Source: Candidatus Hydrogenedentota bacterium
GTDB lineage: Bacteria > Hydrogenedentota > Hydrogenedentia > Hydrogenedentales > SLHB01
Direction: 5' to 3'
DNA: 64,000 nt
Assembly: GCA_045863295.1 (NCBI GenBank)
Contig: BTWA01000012.1
Span: 32,001-96,000, forward strand
This document shows, in pieces, positions 19,693 to 29,730 of this stretch. The position numbers were made by a program, and so were the translations under genes. Under the pieces are notes generated by a model. The model was not told the DNA's origin. It was given only the letters and a program-made list of their open reading frames with translations, and did no database searches. The first letter of the stretch is position 1. Every line of letters begins with the position of its first letter.

Positions 19693-21423
19693 CTAGGACC
19701 CAAAGTAGGATTTGAGTGCCGCGACGTATGCGATGGCAAATTGCTGGCGCCACCACGGATCCGCCGTCCACGATTGATCTTCACTGTTTGAAAGGTTGGC
19801 CACCTCAATGAGCACCTTGGTTGGGATTTGGTTGTTGCGAAGCACCGCAACCACATATTCTTTGCCACCGGACTGGCGGATCACGTTGCGTATCGGATCG
19901 CCTACCGAATGGCGTTTGATCCGGTGCTGACCAAGTTCGTCCAGAATAGTCTCTGCGAAATTGCGAGACAAGGCTTCATCCCGACGGCGCTCGTCGGCAG
20001 TCGACTTAAACTCCGGCTGTTCCACATACTCAAGATAATCGTTGTACGCCTTCGGCGGCCAACCTCTTTCTGAGTTCTTACGATAGCGAGCACCCGGGAT
20101 GTATACCATCGCACCTCGTAGATCGGCATTAAACAATGCGTCACCGTGAATACTTGTGAAGACCACCTTGCGCGGGTCGGCACCAGCCTTAACCGCGCGA
20201 TTATAGACGGAATTGGCCCAATACCAACGCAATGTGGCCGATACGGAAGCATTTTCATTGAGGTAGTTCGGCGTCACAAGCACAGACTCGTCTGAATCAT
20301 TGGTGAATCGATTGACGTCATTGGATTCATAGCCATTGTCTGCGTCCAACATACTGACGTACACTTTGGCATGGGTTGTCTCCTCAAGAATCTTTTTAAT
20401 TCGACAGACAATGTCGTATGCAATCTCATCTTCATAAAGGCCGAGCTTACTTGCTGCCGGCGTGCCAATATCTTTGCCTCCGTGGCCGGGATCCAGTACC
20501 ACTACGACGCCTTCCAGTCCGCGTGACTGTACGCTGCCGCGTAGGCGTTGGGCCTCTTGAACCGTTTCTTCAAACTCTTCACGCTCCGGTGTACCCTCGG
20601 GTTTGAACCGATCGGCCAGCATATCCACCGGTATGAACACCCGATCACCAATCTCTACCTTGTTTTTGTCTTGAATCCCGCTCTCTCGAACAATGACGTC
20701 GATTGCGCTGTGGATGTCTGCGTTCTCACGGTAGTTGGTGAAGCGAACAACCACTTTGGTGTACAGCGTGTCCCCGGGCTTAATCCTGTATACCGCGAAT
20801 TGCCTGTTGCCCTTGTTGTCAAAGGACAACTCCTGAGCGGCCTCTTCCAGGTTCAGTTCGATTTCCTCGGACTCCTGCCTGACAACGGTCGGCTTTTGCA
20901 TAACAGACCGCAACAAATTCTGTGGGAAGACCAAAACTTGCCCGGTAGACAGATCGGTTGACTTGAGATTGTTGAATTTAGTTACGGCCGTGTGATTTGT
21001 ACCCCGGCCAGTCAACCACTCGCACAAAGTCCATAAGGTCTCCTGATCGGGTCCTGCATAGACTACCGTGTGGTGCCAGCCCTCCTCGTCCACAAAGTCA
21101 AATGGGAACACGGCCAACAACATGCGCCGCTGAGTCTCCTCGTTGAGGTGGCTGTATGGAATGGCAGCCCGCTTACCCGCATATTGACGGTAATTCACTC
21201 CAGCGGCGAGGTAAGGTTCAAGGTATGAACGGCCAGCTTCTCCGGACGGGGCTTCGCAATTAAGAAACAGCATCCGCCCTTCCCGCAGTAGAGCGTACAC
21301 CCCGTCCGCAATTTCTACTTGGACCAGTTCGGCACAGGCAGGTGCACACACTATTCCAGCCAGCAGTAAGCCTCCAAGTATCTTTCGTAGGGGAGTATAG
21401 GATTGACGAAAGCGCATCGGCAT
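19693..21423 (-). CDS. N-acetylmuramoyl-L-alanine amidase (Amidase_3) with LysM-like repeats
   Basis: Signal peptide; LysM-like QETLWTL...TGQVLVFP and YRIKPGDTL; Zn motifs LDPGHGG, E, SIHGD, VLIEV. Start position uncertain. Confidence 0.85.
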   Translation of the reverse strand: MPMRFRQSYTPLRKILGGLLLAGIVCAPACAELVQVEIADGVYALLREGRMLFLNCEAPSGEAGRSYLEPYLAAGVNYRQYAGKRAAIPYSHLNEETQRRMLLAVFPFDFVDEEGWHHTVVYAGPDQETLWTLCEWLTGRGTNHTAVTKFNNLKSTDLSTGQVLVFPQNLLRSVMQKPTVVRQESEEIELNLEEAAQELSFDNKGNRQFAVYRIKPGDTLYTKVVVRFTNYRENADIHSAIDVIVRESGIQDKNKVEIGDRVFIPVDMLADRFKPEGTPEREEFEETVQEAQRLRGSVQSRGLEGVVVVLDPGHGGKDIGTPAASKLGLYEDEIAYDIVCRIKKILEETTHAKVYVSMLDADNGYESNDVNRFTNDSDESVLVTPNYLNENASVSATLRWYWANSVYNRAVKAGADPRKVVFTSIHGDALFNADLRGAMVYIPGARYRKNSERGWPPKAYNDYLEYVEQPEFKSTADERRRDEALSRNFAETILDELGQHRIKRHSVGDPIRNVIRQSGGKEYVVAVLRNNQIPTKVLIEVANLSNSEDQSWTADPWWRQQFAIAYVAALKSYFGS

Positions 21424-21490
21424 CTGGCTACAAAACTTCTTCCCCGGCACAACGGCCTTGTAAGAGCCGTATTGCCGATTCAAGTGAGCA

Positions 21491-21594
21491 CAATATGTAG
21501 GGGTGCCAAATCACGGCGGAAACGATATTAGCAGATCAGGAGGTGGGAGTAAAGGCCATATTGTGTAAATAAAATGAAAGCATACAATATCTAG
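21491..21594. promoter_or_regulatory. Array of NrdR-box-like sites at about 31-bp spacing
   Basis: CAATATGTAG (21491), ACGATATTAG (21522, weak), GGCCATATTG (21554, weak), CAATATCTAG (21585). Confidence 0.45.
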
Positions 21595-21640
21595 ATATCC
21601 GGTACGGCCAATCTGTAAACTTGAGCCACGGTTCAAGGGG

Positions 21641-22207
21641 CTACCCTTGTGAGACGTACTTTGCGACTTTCTCAGCGTCCCGAGCCATGTCTCGTGCCAA
21701 CGCCTCGAGTCCGCGAGTCAGTGTAGTGACTAAACCTTTGGGTCCATCGGATTCAACCGGCAGCAAGGTCTCGTACGTCACTTTTCGAATAGCGGGGTCG
21801 TACGGGTCCATTTCAGGAGTTCGGTACACCATTTCAATCTTAACGTGGCCTTTCGGACCTTCCTTGGTATCGTTCTGGCCAAAGGCCAGTACTTTTCCCG
21901 TCGCCAGCACGGTAGTCCGCCCTTCCTGTGGATTTCCAAACTCCGCCTTCAACTTCTCTGACACTAGTTCGGTCAAGCTGGCAGCCCAATCGTCGGATGC
22001 ATAGTATTCAACTTCCGTGGGGCTCTTCAGGATGAGAATGTCCATCCGATTCAGAGTTTCGTGTACGCGCATGTGATCGACCTCAATATTGCATTCCGGT
22101 TTGGCGAGACCGGTTGGGGTCATATCCAGCGTGTATAATCGGGTTGGGGGCGTGCTCGCGCAACCCACCACAATCATGACTGCCGCTCCAAACCAAATTA
22201 AACGCAT
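21641..22207 (-). CDS. PqiC-like ABC transport auxiliary lipoprotein
   Basis: Lipobox VVGC, TRLYTL, YYASDDWA. Last gene of the MCE operon. Confidence 0.8.
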   Translation of the reverse strand: MRLIWFGAAVMIVVGCASTPPTRLYTLDMTPTGLAKPECNIEVDHMRVHETLNRMDILILKSPTEVEYYASDDWAASLTELVSEKLKAEFGNPQEGRTTVLATGKVLAFGQNDTKEGPKGHVKIEMVYRTPEMDPYDPAIRKVTYETLLPVESDGPKGLVTTLTRGLEALARDMARDAEKVAKYVSQG

Positions 22208-22225
22208 GCGACTGGTTCCTTTCGC

Positions 22226-23296
22226 CTATTTCGATTTGCGTCCCTGAGGTGTCGATCCCCAAATGGCGGCATTGGGATCGTCCTTCAACTTGCGGGAAAA
22301 TTCCTTCAGATTGCGCGCCGTCTCGCGAAGCTCAATCAACAAATCATCTACGAGCGGGCTGTTCGCCTTGATCATGCCTCCCGCAGTCGTGGCCGCTGTA
22401 TCCACTTGTACGATGACGCCTTCGATACCTGCCACCAACCCATCCAAGTCTTCCGTCACCGATTTTACGTCAATCAATATTTGATCGACGTTTCCTACAA
22501 TTGAACTGATGTTTTCCTTTTCCTGGGTCAACAGTGAATCAATTTGCGTTGCCACCGATTCCGCCGACTTACCTGTTCTCTCGACGCGCTGCAAGAGATC
22601 TCTGATGGTCTGGCGGTTTTCGTCAATAACCTGACGAGTATCGTCCACGGCTCGTTTGCCTGAATCCATGGTGGCTTCCAGACTCTCAAAAAGCGTGGCC
22701 AGTGTACTCTTCAAATCCTCCGCTTCGCCGGACCGGTCTTCTGGTGCGGCCACGCCCAACACGAGGCGCACATCCTCCACGGTCATTTTCATTTCCTCAA
22801 GCAAATCGTTGACCGTGTCCATTGCCCCGACAATTTCATTACCAACGCTCGCAATGGCTCCAAAGATGCCGCCCTCGCCACCGCGGAACGCAATTGTATC
22901 GCCTTCCGCAAGCAGGGGTGCATCGTCCGAACCGGTCGTAATCTCCAAATGCTTGGGTGAGGTAAGGGTTGTTTGACCGATAAAAGCCTCTGACTTTGCA
23001 TTAAGCGGAACATTGGCATCAATCTTGGCGGTCAACCGGATCTTGGAGGGTTGGGCAGGATCGAATCCTACTTCAATTTTGCTGACTCGGCCCGACAATA
23101 CGCCGCCATAGCGTACGTCAGCCCCGCGGTTCAGGCCACCTGTATCTGACGCATACATCACATACGTTCTCTGATCCTGTGCCGGTCGCCAATTCAGAGC
23201 GGCCGCTAAAAAAACGAAAAACACGATCCCCGCAATTAGGACCATGACGCCCGCTTTGATTTCCACGACAGTGAAATTATGTTTTTTAGTTGGCAT
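22226..23296 (-). CDS. mlaD: MCE/MlaD family protein with long helical region
   Basis: N-terminal TM, GLNRGADVRYGGVLSGRV, C-terminal LKDDPNAAIWG. Confidence 0.9.
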   Translation of the reverse strand: MPTKKHNFTVVEIKAGVMVLIAGIVFFVFLAAALNWRPAQDQRTYVMYASDTGGLNRGADVRYGGVLSGRVSKIEVGFDPAQPSKIRLTAKIDANVPLNAKSEAFIGQTTLTSPKHLEITTGSDDAPLLAEGDTIAFRGGEGGIFGAIASVGNEIVGAMDTVNDLLEEMKMTVEDVRLVLGVAAPEDRSGEAEDLKSTLATLFESLEATMDSGKRAVDDTRQVIDENRQTIRDLLQRVERTGKSAESVATQIDSLLTQEKENISSIVGNVDQILIDVKSVTEDLDGLVAGIEGVIVQVDTAATTAGGMIKANSPLVDDLLIELRETARNLKEFSRKLKDDPNAAIWGSTPQGRKSK

Positions 23297-23328
23297 ATCG
23301 CTTCTTGTTGAATGTGAGTTTTGGCAAT

Positions 23329-24138
23329 TCAGCCGGTTTCAGTTAGCGATTGAATGAAATCCGAGCGATCCGCGTCTTCTTCCTCTGGTTGGCGCAAGAA
23401 GAACTGTTTCACGAAGGGATCGTTGGTTTGCTTGATCTGTTCCAAGCTTCCGTATCCTACGGACTTGCCCGCCTTAAGCATCAGCACACTGTCGGCAATC
23501 AATTCCACACTTGCCATTTCGTGTGTTACGACCACGCTCGTCAGATTAAACGTACTCTGCATTTTTCGGATGAGCTGATCGAGTCCCGCCGCGACTATCG
23601 GGTCCAATCCCGCGCTTGGCTCGTCGTAAAAAATGACTTGCGGATCCATGGCCATGGCGCGGGCGAGCCCGGCTCGTTTCTTCATTCCACCACTGATTTC
23701 TGAAGGGAGATAATCGCCAAATCCGCCCAGTCCAACCAACTCAAGCTTTATCTTGGTCATGATTTCAATGGTGGACTCTTCCAGACGCGTATGCTCCCGA
23801 AGCGGCATGGCCACATTGTCCGCAATGGAAAGTGAATTGAACAAGGCAGATCCTTGAAAACACATGCCCATGCGCTTACGCGCGTTCAGGCGTTCCTCGT
23901 CCGTCATAGCGGTGAAATCCTGCCCATCGAACATGATGGAACCCGACGTAGGGCGCATCAAGCCGACCAGATTCCGTAACAAGGTACTCTTGCCGCAACC
24001 GCTGCCGCCCAGAATCACAAACGTCTCGCCCCGACGTATATTGAATGTCAACCCATCGATAACCGTGCGTGCGCCGTAACGCACGACAAGGTCTTTAACT
24101 TCGATTAGATTGTCTTCCTTATCCATCACAAGTCCCAT
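23329..24138 (-). CDS. mlaF: MlaF/Mkl ABC transporter ATP-binding protein
   Basis: GGSGCGKST, FQGSALFNSL, ISGGMKKRAGLARA, YDEPSAGLDP. Confidence 0.92.
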   Translation of the reverse strand: MGLVMDKEDNLIEVKDLVVRYGARTVIDGLTFNIRRGETFVILGGSGCGKSTLLRNLVGLMRPTSGSIMFDGQDFTAMTDEERLNARKRMGMCFQGSALFNSLSIADNVAMPLREHTRLEESTIEIMTKIKLELVGLGGFGDYLPSEISGGMKKRAGLARAMAMDPQVIFYDEPSAGLDPIVAAGLDQLIRKMQSTFNLTSVVVTHEMASVELIADSVLMLKAGKSVGYGSLEQIKQTNDPFVKQFFLRQPEEEDADRSDFIQSLTETG

Positions 24139-24141
24139 TCT

Positions 24142-24939
24142 CTAAAAGAAGAACAATGCGGTAAACACGAGGTCAACGACAATAATTAAGAAGATAGAGG
24201 TAACCACCGAGGAAGTTGTCATGCGGCCCACACCTTCCGCGCCTCCTTCGACCTGAAAACCTCGGTAAACCCCTACCCAGCAGATGGTCAACGCAAAGAA
24301 AACGCTTTTAGTCATGCCGGTGGTGAAATCCTTCATGCGAATGGCATCGGCGGTGGTCTCAAGGTACTGCAGTGCATCGACCCCCAATACGCCGGCAGAC
24401 AAGCAGAATCCCCCAAGGATCATGATGAACATTCCAAGGATGGTCAAACAGGGAATTGCCAGTACCATAGCTATAAACTTCGGTACGACCAAGTACTTGG
24501 TTGGATTCAATCCCATTACAACTAACGCGTCAATTTCCTCGGAGACCTTCATTGTGCCAATTTCGGCCGTAATTGCGGAACCGCTTCGGCCAGTCAACAG
24601 AATCGCCGTCATGAGTGGAGCCAGTTCCCGCACTCCGGCAACTCCGACCAGACTGGCAATCAGGTGAGTGGCGCCAAACCGGTCCAGTTGCTGGTAGGAT
24701 TGCATAGCCATGATCGCACCGATTAGAAAGCAGATCAGCGAAACCACCGGGAGCGAATTAACGCCAAACTCCACAAAATGCTCCACGGCACTTCGCAGCC
24801 GCAGACCCTTGCCACGAAAGGGCTGAATGAACAACCAGTTCATGGTGTCCAGCATCAGGACACAGACGCAACAAAACGCATACAGGCCGTTTAAAGAGAT
24901 TCGGCCCGTGGAACCGGCGATATTTGTCAATGCACTCAT
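24142..24939 (-). CDS. mlaE: MlaE family ABC permease
   Basis: RELAPLMTAILLTGRSGSAITAEIGTMKVSEEIDAL and GAEGVGRMTTSSVV. Confidence 0.93.
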   Translation of the reverse strand: MSALTNIAGSTGRISLNGLYAFCCVCVLMLDTMNWLFIQPFRGKGLRLRSAVEHFVEFGVNSLPVVSLICFLIGAIMAMQSYQQLDRFGATHLIASLVGVAGVRELAPLMTAILLTGRSGSAITAEIGTMKVSEEIDALVVMGLNPTKYLVVPKFIAMVLAIPCLTILGMFIMILGGFCLSAGVLGVDALQYLETTADAIRMKDFTTGMTKSVFFALTICWVGVYRGFQVEGGAEGVGRMTTSSVVTSIFLIIVVDLVFTALFFF

Positions 24940-24963
24940 AGTGGAAACTCGTCTGGCACAGGA

Positions 24964-25281
24964 TTAGCCTACGTTCTCTATGTCAAACACCGTGTCCAGG
25001 CGAGAGAGATGCAGCACCTTCATGACCGAGGCTGAAGGCGTTACGAGCGTAAAGGCCGCATTGCGATCATTCGCAGTGCGGAGACCTTCCACCAGGGTTG
25101 CCACGCCCGAACTGTCCATGTACGAAACGCCGCTGAGATCGACGGCCACGGTCTGGGTATCTTTTGGAACCTCTTTCGTTATGGCCGTGCGAAGTTGAGG
25201 GGAAGTGTTCAAATCCACTTCGCCCTGCACGCAGACGGTCCGTACGCCATCTTTGTCGGTCTTGCTTAGGTTCATCGCCAT
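24964..25281 (-). CDS. STAS-domain anti-sigma factor antagonist (RsbV/SpoIIAA-like)
   Basis: GEVDLNTSPQLR and DLSGVSYMDSSG with the phosphorylatable Ser. Confidence 0.9.
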   Translation of the reverse strand: MAMNLSKTDKDGVRTVCVQGEVDLNTSPQLRTAITKEVPKDTQTVAVDLSGVSYMDSSGVATLVEGLRTANDRNAAFTLVTPSASVMKVLHLSRLDTVFDIENVG

Positions 25282-25367
25282 GTTCAGCCGAATCCTCTAT
25301 TCGTTACTATCGTTGTCCGTTTCAGCCACCGTATGCCAACACAGCCAGGCAAATCACAATATGTGAA

Positions 25368-25802
25368 CTACAACGCGCGCCTTCTCAAACGCATGATTAC
25401 GGTATTGCCATGCGCCTCGCCGGGTACAAATCGCACCTCGTCGAATACATAATACATAAGTTGAACACCGAGACCGCCCGGCTTCAACGTGTCTCGGGAC
25501 GGGGTGGTCAACTCGCGTCGCTCAATTCGATCCAGCGGTGCGGGAATGCCCTCATCCTTCAGTGCGATATCGACAAACTCCCCGTTGGAGCTGAATGTCA
25601 ATTCGTACTCCTGATCGGCCTTGCCTTCGTACGAATGCCGTATGGCATTGGCACAAGCCTCGTCGACGGCAAGAACTGCGTCATCCACGCGATCCGAATC
25701 GATTCCGAAATTGCTCAGGTAGGACCTGACCAGTCCGCGGATAGAGCAGAGCAAGTTCGGGCTCGATCGCACCGTCAGTTTAATATCCATCGAGTCTTCC
25801 AT
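25368..25802 (-). CDS. RsbW/SpoIIAB-like Ser kinase / anti-sigma factor
   Basis: N box LAVDEACANAIRHSY, DEG, G box GGLG. Confidence 0.9.
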   Translation of the reverse strand: MEDSMDIKLTVRSSPNLLCSIRGLVRSYLSNFGIDSDRVDDAVLAVDEACANAIRHSYEGKADQEYELTFSSNGEFVDIALKDEGIPAPLDRIERRELTTPSRDTLKPGGLGVQLMYYVFDEVRFVPGEAHGNTVIMRLRRRAL

Positions 25803-25847
25803 GCCTACCCTCGGCTGGCTCGATAGGCATAACCGTAAACCACCCGG

Positions 25848-27533
25848 TTACGCCCCGGTTCCGTAATACTTCAGCGCAATCATTGTGCAATCGTCTTGCG
25901 GAGCCGTGTTATGACAATGTACACGCACCGCTTCATTAATCTGATCCACTATTCGTCGCGGCAATGCCGACACCAACTCCTTGGCCTCCAAGCTCAGGCG
26001 CTTCATGCCAAACTCATCCAGGACCTTAGTCTGGCCCTCACCGGTATACCGTCTGGCCTCCACTATGCCGTCAGTGTACAGGAGAATAGTCTCGCTCTTT
26101 TTGACTTGTATGTGCACATCGGACCAGGTTGCGTTCTCAAGTATGCCTACAGGCGGTCCTGATGGATCTGGGAAGACCCGCACCCCTTTTTCCGCCAGCA
26201 TCAATGGCGGATGATGGCCCGCATTAGCACAGATAGCCTTGCCCGTGTCCAAGTCCAGCAAGACATAGCACAAGGTACAAAACATCCCGGCCTGGCTGCG
26301 CACACATTGGATGTCATTCAACGCTTTCAAAACAGCGGCGGGCGATTCAAGATTCGGCGCGTGAATGCGGAATTCCGCCAGCAGTTGGGCCATGGTCAAC
26401 GCCGCTGGAATCCCCTTGCCACTCACATCGCCAATCAGGAGTCCTACCTTGTTTCCCGACGGCACAATAAAATCGTAAAAATCTCCACCGATAATCTTGG
26501 CGGGACGAGTCTCGCCATATACGGCATACCGCGCCTCGTTCTCCGGCCAGTCTTTAACCAGGAAACCTTCCTGGATGGTCCATGCGTGCTGAATTTCTTG
26601 GTCCGTGCGTTCTTTGTCCACAATTTTTTGGTGCATGGTCGCATTTTCGAGCGCAAGTCCGGCGCTGTTGCCCACGGCCGTACTGAGTAACATATCCTCG
26701 TGTGTGTACTGTAGGCCGGGTCGATCCGAGTCAACGTACAGGATGCCAAGAATGCCATACTTGCCACGCAATGGCGCGCAAATAATTGAACGCAATTTGA
26801 GCGACATGATGCTCTGGGCTTCGTTCAACTCACTTGCGTTGTCCGTATCCTGAAAAAGCAGACTTTCGCCCTTGCTAAGCACATTGTTGGCCACGGTCCG
26901 GCTAATGCGGATGTCCCGCTTTTCGACATGGGTAAGACGCCCATTTTCTATCACATGGAACTTCCCGCAAGATGGACAAGGTTCGATATCCGTCGGACTT
27001 GTACCCGCAAACAGGATCGTACCCCGTTGCGCGTCGATTGCGCGCAGTGTCGTTTCAAGAATGCGATCCACTAAGGGACAGGGCTCGTACGTAGACGCAA
27101 TCTCGTTCATTACTGCAAAAATTGCCCTCAGCAGCGACTCGGACTTGGCTTCGCCTTCGGCGGCTTCGCCTTCTCTCTGCCAGCCAACGAGCTTTTCCTT
27201 GAAAATGGTCGAGTCGTCGGGTTCGTCCAATTTGACCGTCTTTTCAACTTCGATCACCTCGAAACGTAGTATGGTCTCGCCAATACGGATACGGTCGCCG
27301 TGGGAAAGCTGGCCCTCCACCATGGGATGTCCATTGACAATCGTCCCATTGGTGCTACCCAGGTCTTTCCATTTAAATCGGTTGCCGGTATGGACAATTT
27401 CGAGGTGATGGCGAGAGGCTGCACCGTCGTCAATCACGAGCCCGCAGTCTATGGATCGGCCAAGAGTCAGTGTTTGTCCCACTGCGATTCGGCGATTTTC
27501 GTCGCCTTCGCATACGATGTAGCCCTGCTGCAA
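25848..27533 (-). CDS. FHA-GAF-SpoIIE (PP2C, RsbU-like) phosphatase
   Basis: FHA (LGRS...ASRHH...DLGSTNGT), GAF (SIICAPL...GILYVD), PP2C (GGDFYD, GDVSGKG, NAGH, YTDGI, DDCT). TTG start at 27533 follows AAGGAG; the ORF extends to 27602. Confidence 0.9.
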   Translation of the reverse strand: MQQGYIVCEGDENRRIAVGQTLTLGRSIDCGLVIDDGAASRHHLEIVHTGNRFKWKDLGSTNGTIVNGHPMVEGQLSHGDRIRIGETILRFEVIEVEKTVKLDEPDDSTIFKEKLVGWQREGEAAEGEAKSESLLRAIFAVMNEIASTYEPCPLVDRILETTLRAIDAQRGTILFAGTSPTDIEPCPSCGKFHVIENGRLTHVEKRDIRISRTVANNVLSKGESLLFQDTDNASELNEAQSIMSLKLRSIICAPLRGKYGILGILYVDSDRPGLQYTHEDMLLSTAVGNSAGLALENATMHQKIVDKERTDQEIQHAWTIQEGFLVKDWPENEARYAVYGETRPAKIIGGDFYDFIVPSGNKVGLLIGDVSGKGIPAALTMAQLLAEFRIHAPNLESPAAVLKALNDIQCVRSQAGMFCTLCYVLLDLDTGKAICANAGHHPPLMLAEKGVRVFPDPSGPPVGILENATWSDVHIQVKKSETILLYTDGIVEARRYTGEGQTKVLDEFGMKRLSLEAKELVSALPRRIVDQINEAVRVHCHNTAPQDDCTMIALKYYGTGA

Positions 27534-27792
27534 CGGACATTTCTCCTTCTCATCCACGAACAGCGTAATTCTATCCAGCTTTGCAGGCGGACACAAATGC
27601 ATGCCGCTGTAAGTCTAATCTGGGCTGGCATGTAGTAAGGTGGGGGTGCAAATATGCCTCAAAATACGTTCACCACAGCCAAGAAGCGGCTGTGTAAAGG
27701 TCCAATTGCGTTTCAACTGTCAACACATGGCGGGTTTGCGCAACCCTGTGGTATAGTTCAGATTCCGTAGGGACAAGGCTGGATACAGGTCG

Positions 27793-28557
27793 ATGAGCAA
27801 CAAGGCATTTCTCGAAAAGCGCGTGCTGGATTTGGAAAAGGAGTGTGCCGATGCACAGGCGCGATTGGCGGATGTGCGAGAAAAGCTCGATCGTGCCGAC
27901 GCACGAAAGAAGGCTGACCCCACGCAACGTGACCGATGGAATGGCGTCATTGAGAACCTCGAGCGGGACATGGCAAAGGCAAAGGCAGTAATCGCCCATT
28001 GCGAAGCCGAGATTAGCGAGAAAAGAAAGAAGATAGCAGAACTGCCGGCCGAGGAGTCCCCTCAGGCACCGTCCGCGGCTGCTGAGTCTGATCTCGAAGA
28101 TGCGGAGGACGATCTCAACAAAGTTCTAGATGACCTGCATCAATTGCTCGAGCCGGAAGACGACGTCAAACGCCTACTGGAGATGCCGCCGTCCGAACTG
28201 GTCAATGTCAGTGACGAAGAGTTAAGCGCCCTTCAGGACTACGAATTACGGGCGGCCCGCGCAAGGCGCAAGCTGGGGGAAGAGAATGCGCCTAAGTTGT
28301 TGACACCAGGCGAGAGGCGAAAACAAGAGAAGTTGCGCCTTGCCTTGGAAAAGCTGCGGGTCGACAATTTCTACGCGCTGACGCTGGATGACATGACCGT
28401 CATTTCCGAAGCGTACGTGACTCTGAACAAAATACCGCGCCGGACAGCACAAGAAGAGGAAATGCGATTTCTGATCGGTGGCGCAATATACAGTTTCGAG
28501 ATACTCTACAAATACATGCAGCGTTGGTGGAAGAAGGCCGAAGGGAAGACTCCGTAA
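27793..28557 (+). CDS. Hypothetical protein with N-terminal coiled coil
   Basis: 254-aa charged helical ORF, divergent from the phosphatase gene. TGgTATAGT at 27749-27757 upstream. Confidence 0.7.
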   Translation: MSNKAFLEKRVLDLEKECADAQARLADVREKLDRADARKKADPTQRDRWNGVIENLERDMAKAKAVIAHCEAEISEKRKKIAELPAEESPQAPSAAAESDLEDAEDDLNKVLDDLHQLLEPEDDVKRLLEMPPSELVNVSDEELSALQDYELRAARARRKLGEENAPKLLTPGERRKQEKLRLALEKLRVDNFYALTLDDMTVISEAYVTLNKIPRRTAQEEEMRFLIGGAIYSFEILYKYMQRWWKKAEGKTP

Positions 28558-28574
28558 CTCCAGTCGCGGTTGGC

Positions 28575-29507
28575 TTAGGATGCCGTTTTGCTGAGTTCTC
28601 GGGGTAGCTTAAAGTGAACACTCTCGGTCACAATCTCGCTTTCCTCAACCTCCACAGGTCCCCGCGCTCGGAAATATTCGATCACACCCTGTACCAGCGA
28701 TTCCGGGGCGGAAGCGCCTGCTGTTAACAAAATAGCGCCAATGCCTTCCAGCCAGCGTTCGTCAATCATGCTGGAATCACCGATGAGCCGTGCGGGCTTG
28801 CCGGTTGTCGCGCAGATATCAACCAACCGGTTTGAATTAGCACTGGTTACGTCACCGACCACAAGCACGAGATCCACGTCTGACGACAATGCCCGCACGG
28901 CAGCTTGTCGATTTGTCGTCGCATAGCAGATATCTGAGGTAGGGGGGGCTTGAATATTTGGGAATTTCTGCTTGAGGGCATCCAGGACAATCTCGCAATC
29001 TTCGACACTGAGCGTGGTTTGGGTAATATACGAAACTTGGTCGGGATTCTCGATTTCGAGGTCTTCCACGTCCTGCAGGGTCAATACCCGCTTAATGTGG
29101 GTAGGTGCCCAGCCCATGGTCCCCACCGTCTCGTCGTGGCCTTCTTCACCAACAAGGATAATCGTAAAGTCCCGTGCTGCGAACCGGCGTGCTTCGTTGT
29201 GTACTTTCTCGACCAGCGGGCAAGTGGCGTCGATAACTTCCATCTTATACCGTTCGGCTTCAGCATACCGTTCCGGGCTTACGCCGTGTGCGCTAAAAAG
29301 GAGGTGAGAACCTTCGGGAACGTCATCCAAGTTCTTGACGAAAACAGCCCCCTTGGCTCGCAAGTCATTGACTACATGGGCGTTATGCACTATGTCGTTG
29401 AGTACGTATACGGGTGCGCCATAGCGTTCCAGAGCCTGTTCGACGCATTTAATAGCCCGTTCCACTCCCGCGCAAAACCCACGCGGCCTCGCCAATATGA
29501 TTTTCAT
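28575..29507 (-). CDS. ispH: 4-hydroxy-3-methylbut-2-enyl diphosphate reductase
   Basis: PRGFCAGV, IVHN, SAHGV, DATCPLV, QTTLS, DICYATTNRQ, TAGASAP. Confidence 0.97.
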   Translation of the reverse strand: MKIILARPRGFCAGVERAIKCVEQALERYGAPVYVLNDIVHNAHVVNDLRAKGAVFVKNLDDVPEGSHLLFSAHGVSPERYAEAERYKMEVIDATCPLVEKVHNEARRFAARDFTIILVGEEGHDETVGTMGWAPTHIKRVLTLQDVEDLEIENPDQVSYITQTTLSVEDCEIVLDALKQKFPNIQAPPTSDICYATTNRQAAVRALSSDVDLVLVVGDVTSANSNRLVDICATTGKPARLIGDSSMIDERWLEGIGAILLTAGASAPESLVQGVIEYFRARGPVEVEESEIVTESVHFKLPRELSKTAS

Positions 29508-29730
29508 AGTTTTCCCTGTAGACGAATGAACACCAAAGGTTTGCTATGTGAAAAACAACAGACTGCGGACTTGCTATTCCGTTTGGGTCACCAATCTGCG
29601 GATACAAGCATAGCATACACTTGATCGCTGGCTCGAATCCGGCCTGGTGCACAGGTTGTTCCAGCGGTATTTACCCGCAAATACTTGTCAGGAAGCGCAA
29701 CTTCAATAGGGAACAGTTCACGATACTCCG

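Noticed and set aside
25323..25340. TTGGCAT sigma54-like site upstream of the STAS gene
   Set aside because: GG-to-GC spacing is 9 nt, not the required 10.
29624..29653. tRNA 3'-end-like sequence (GCTGG-CTCGAAT-CCGGC-CTGGTGC-ACA), possible att remnant
   Set aside because: The T-loop starts with C, there is no matching 5' acceptor strand, D arm or anticodon arm, and no integrase is nearby.
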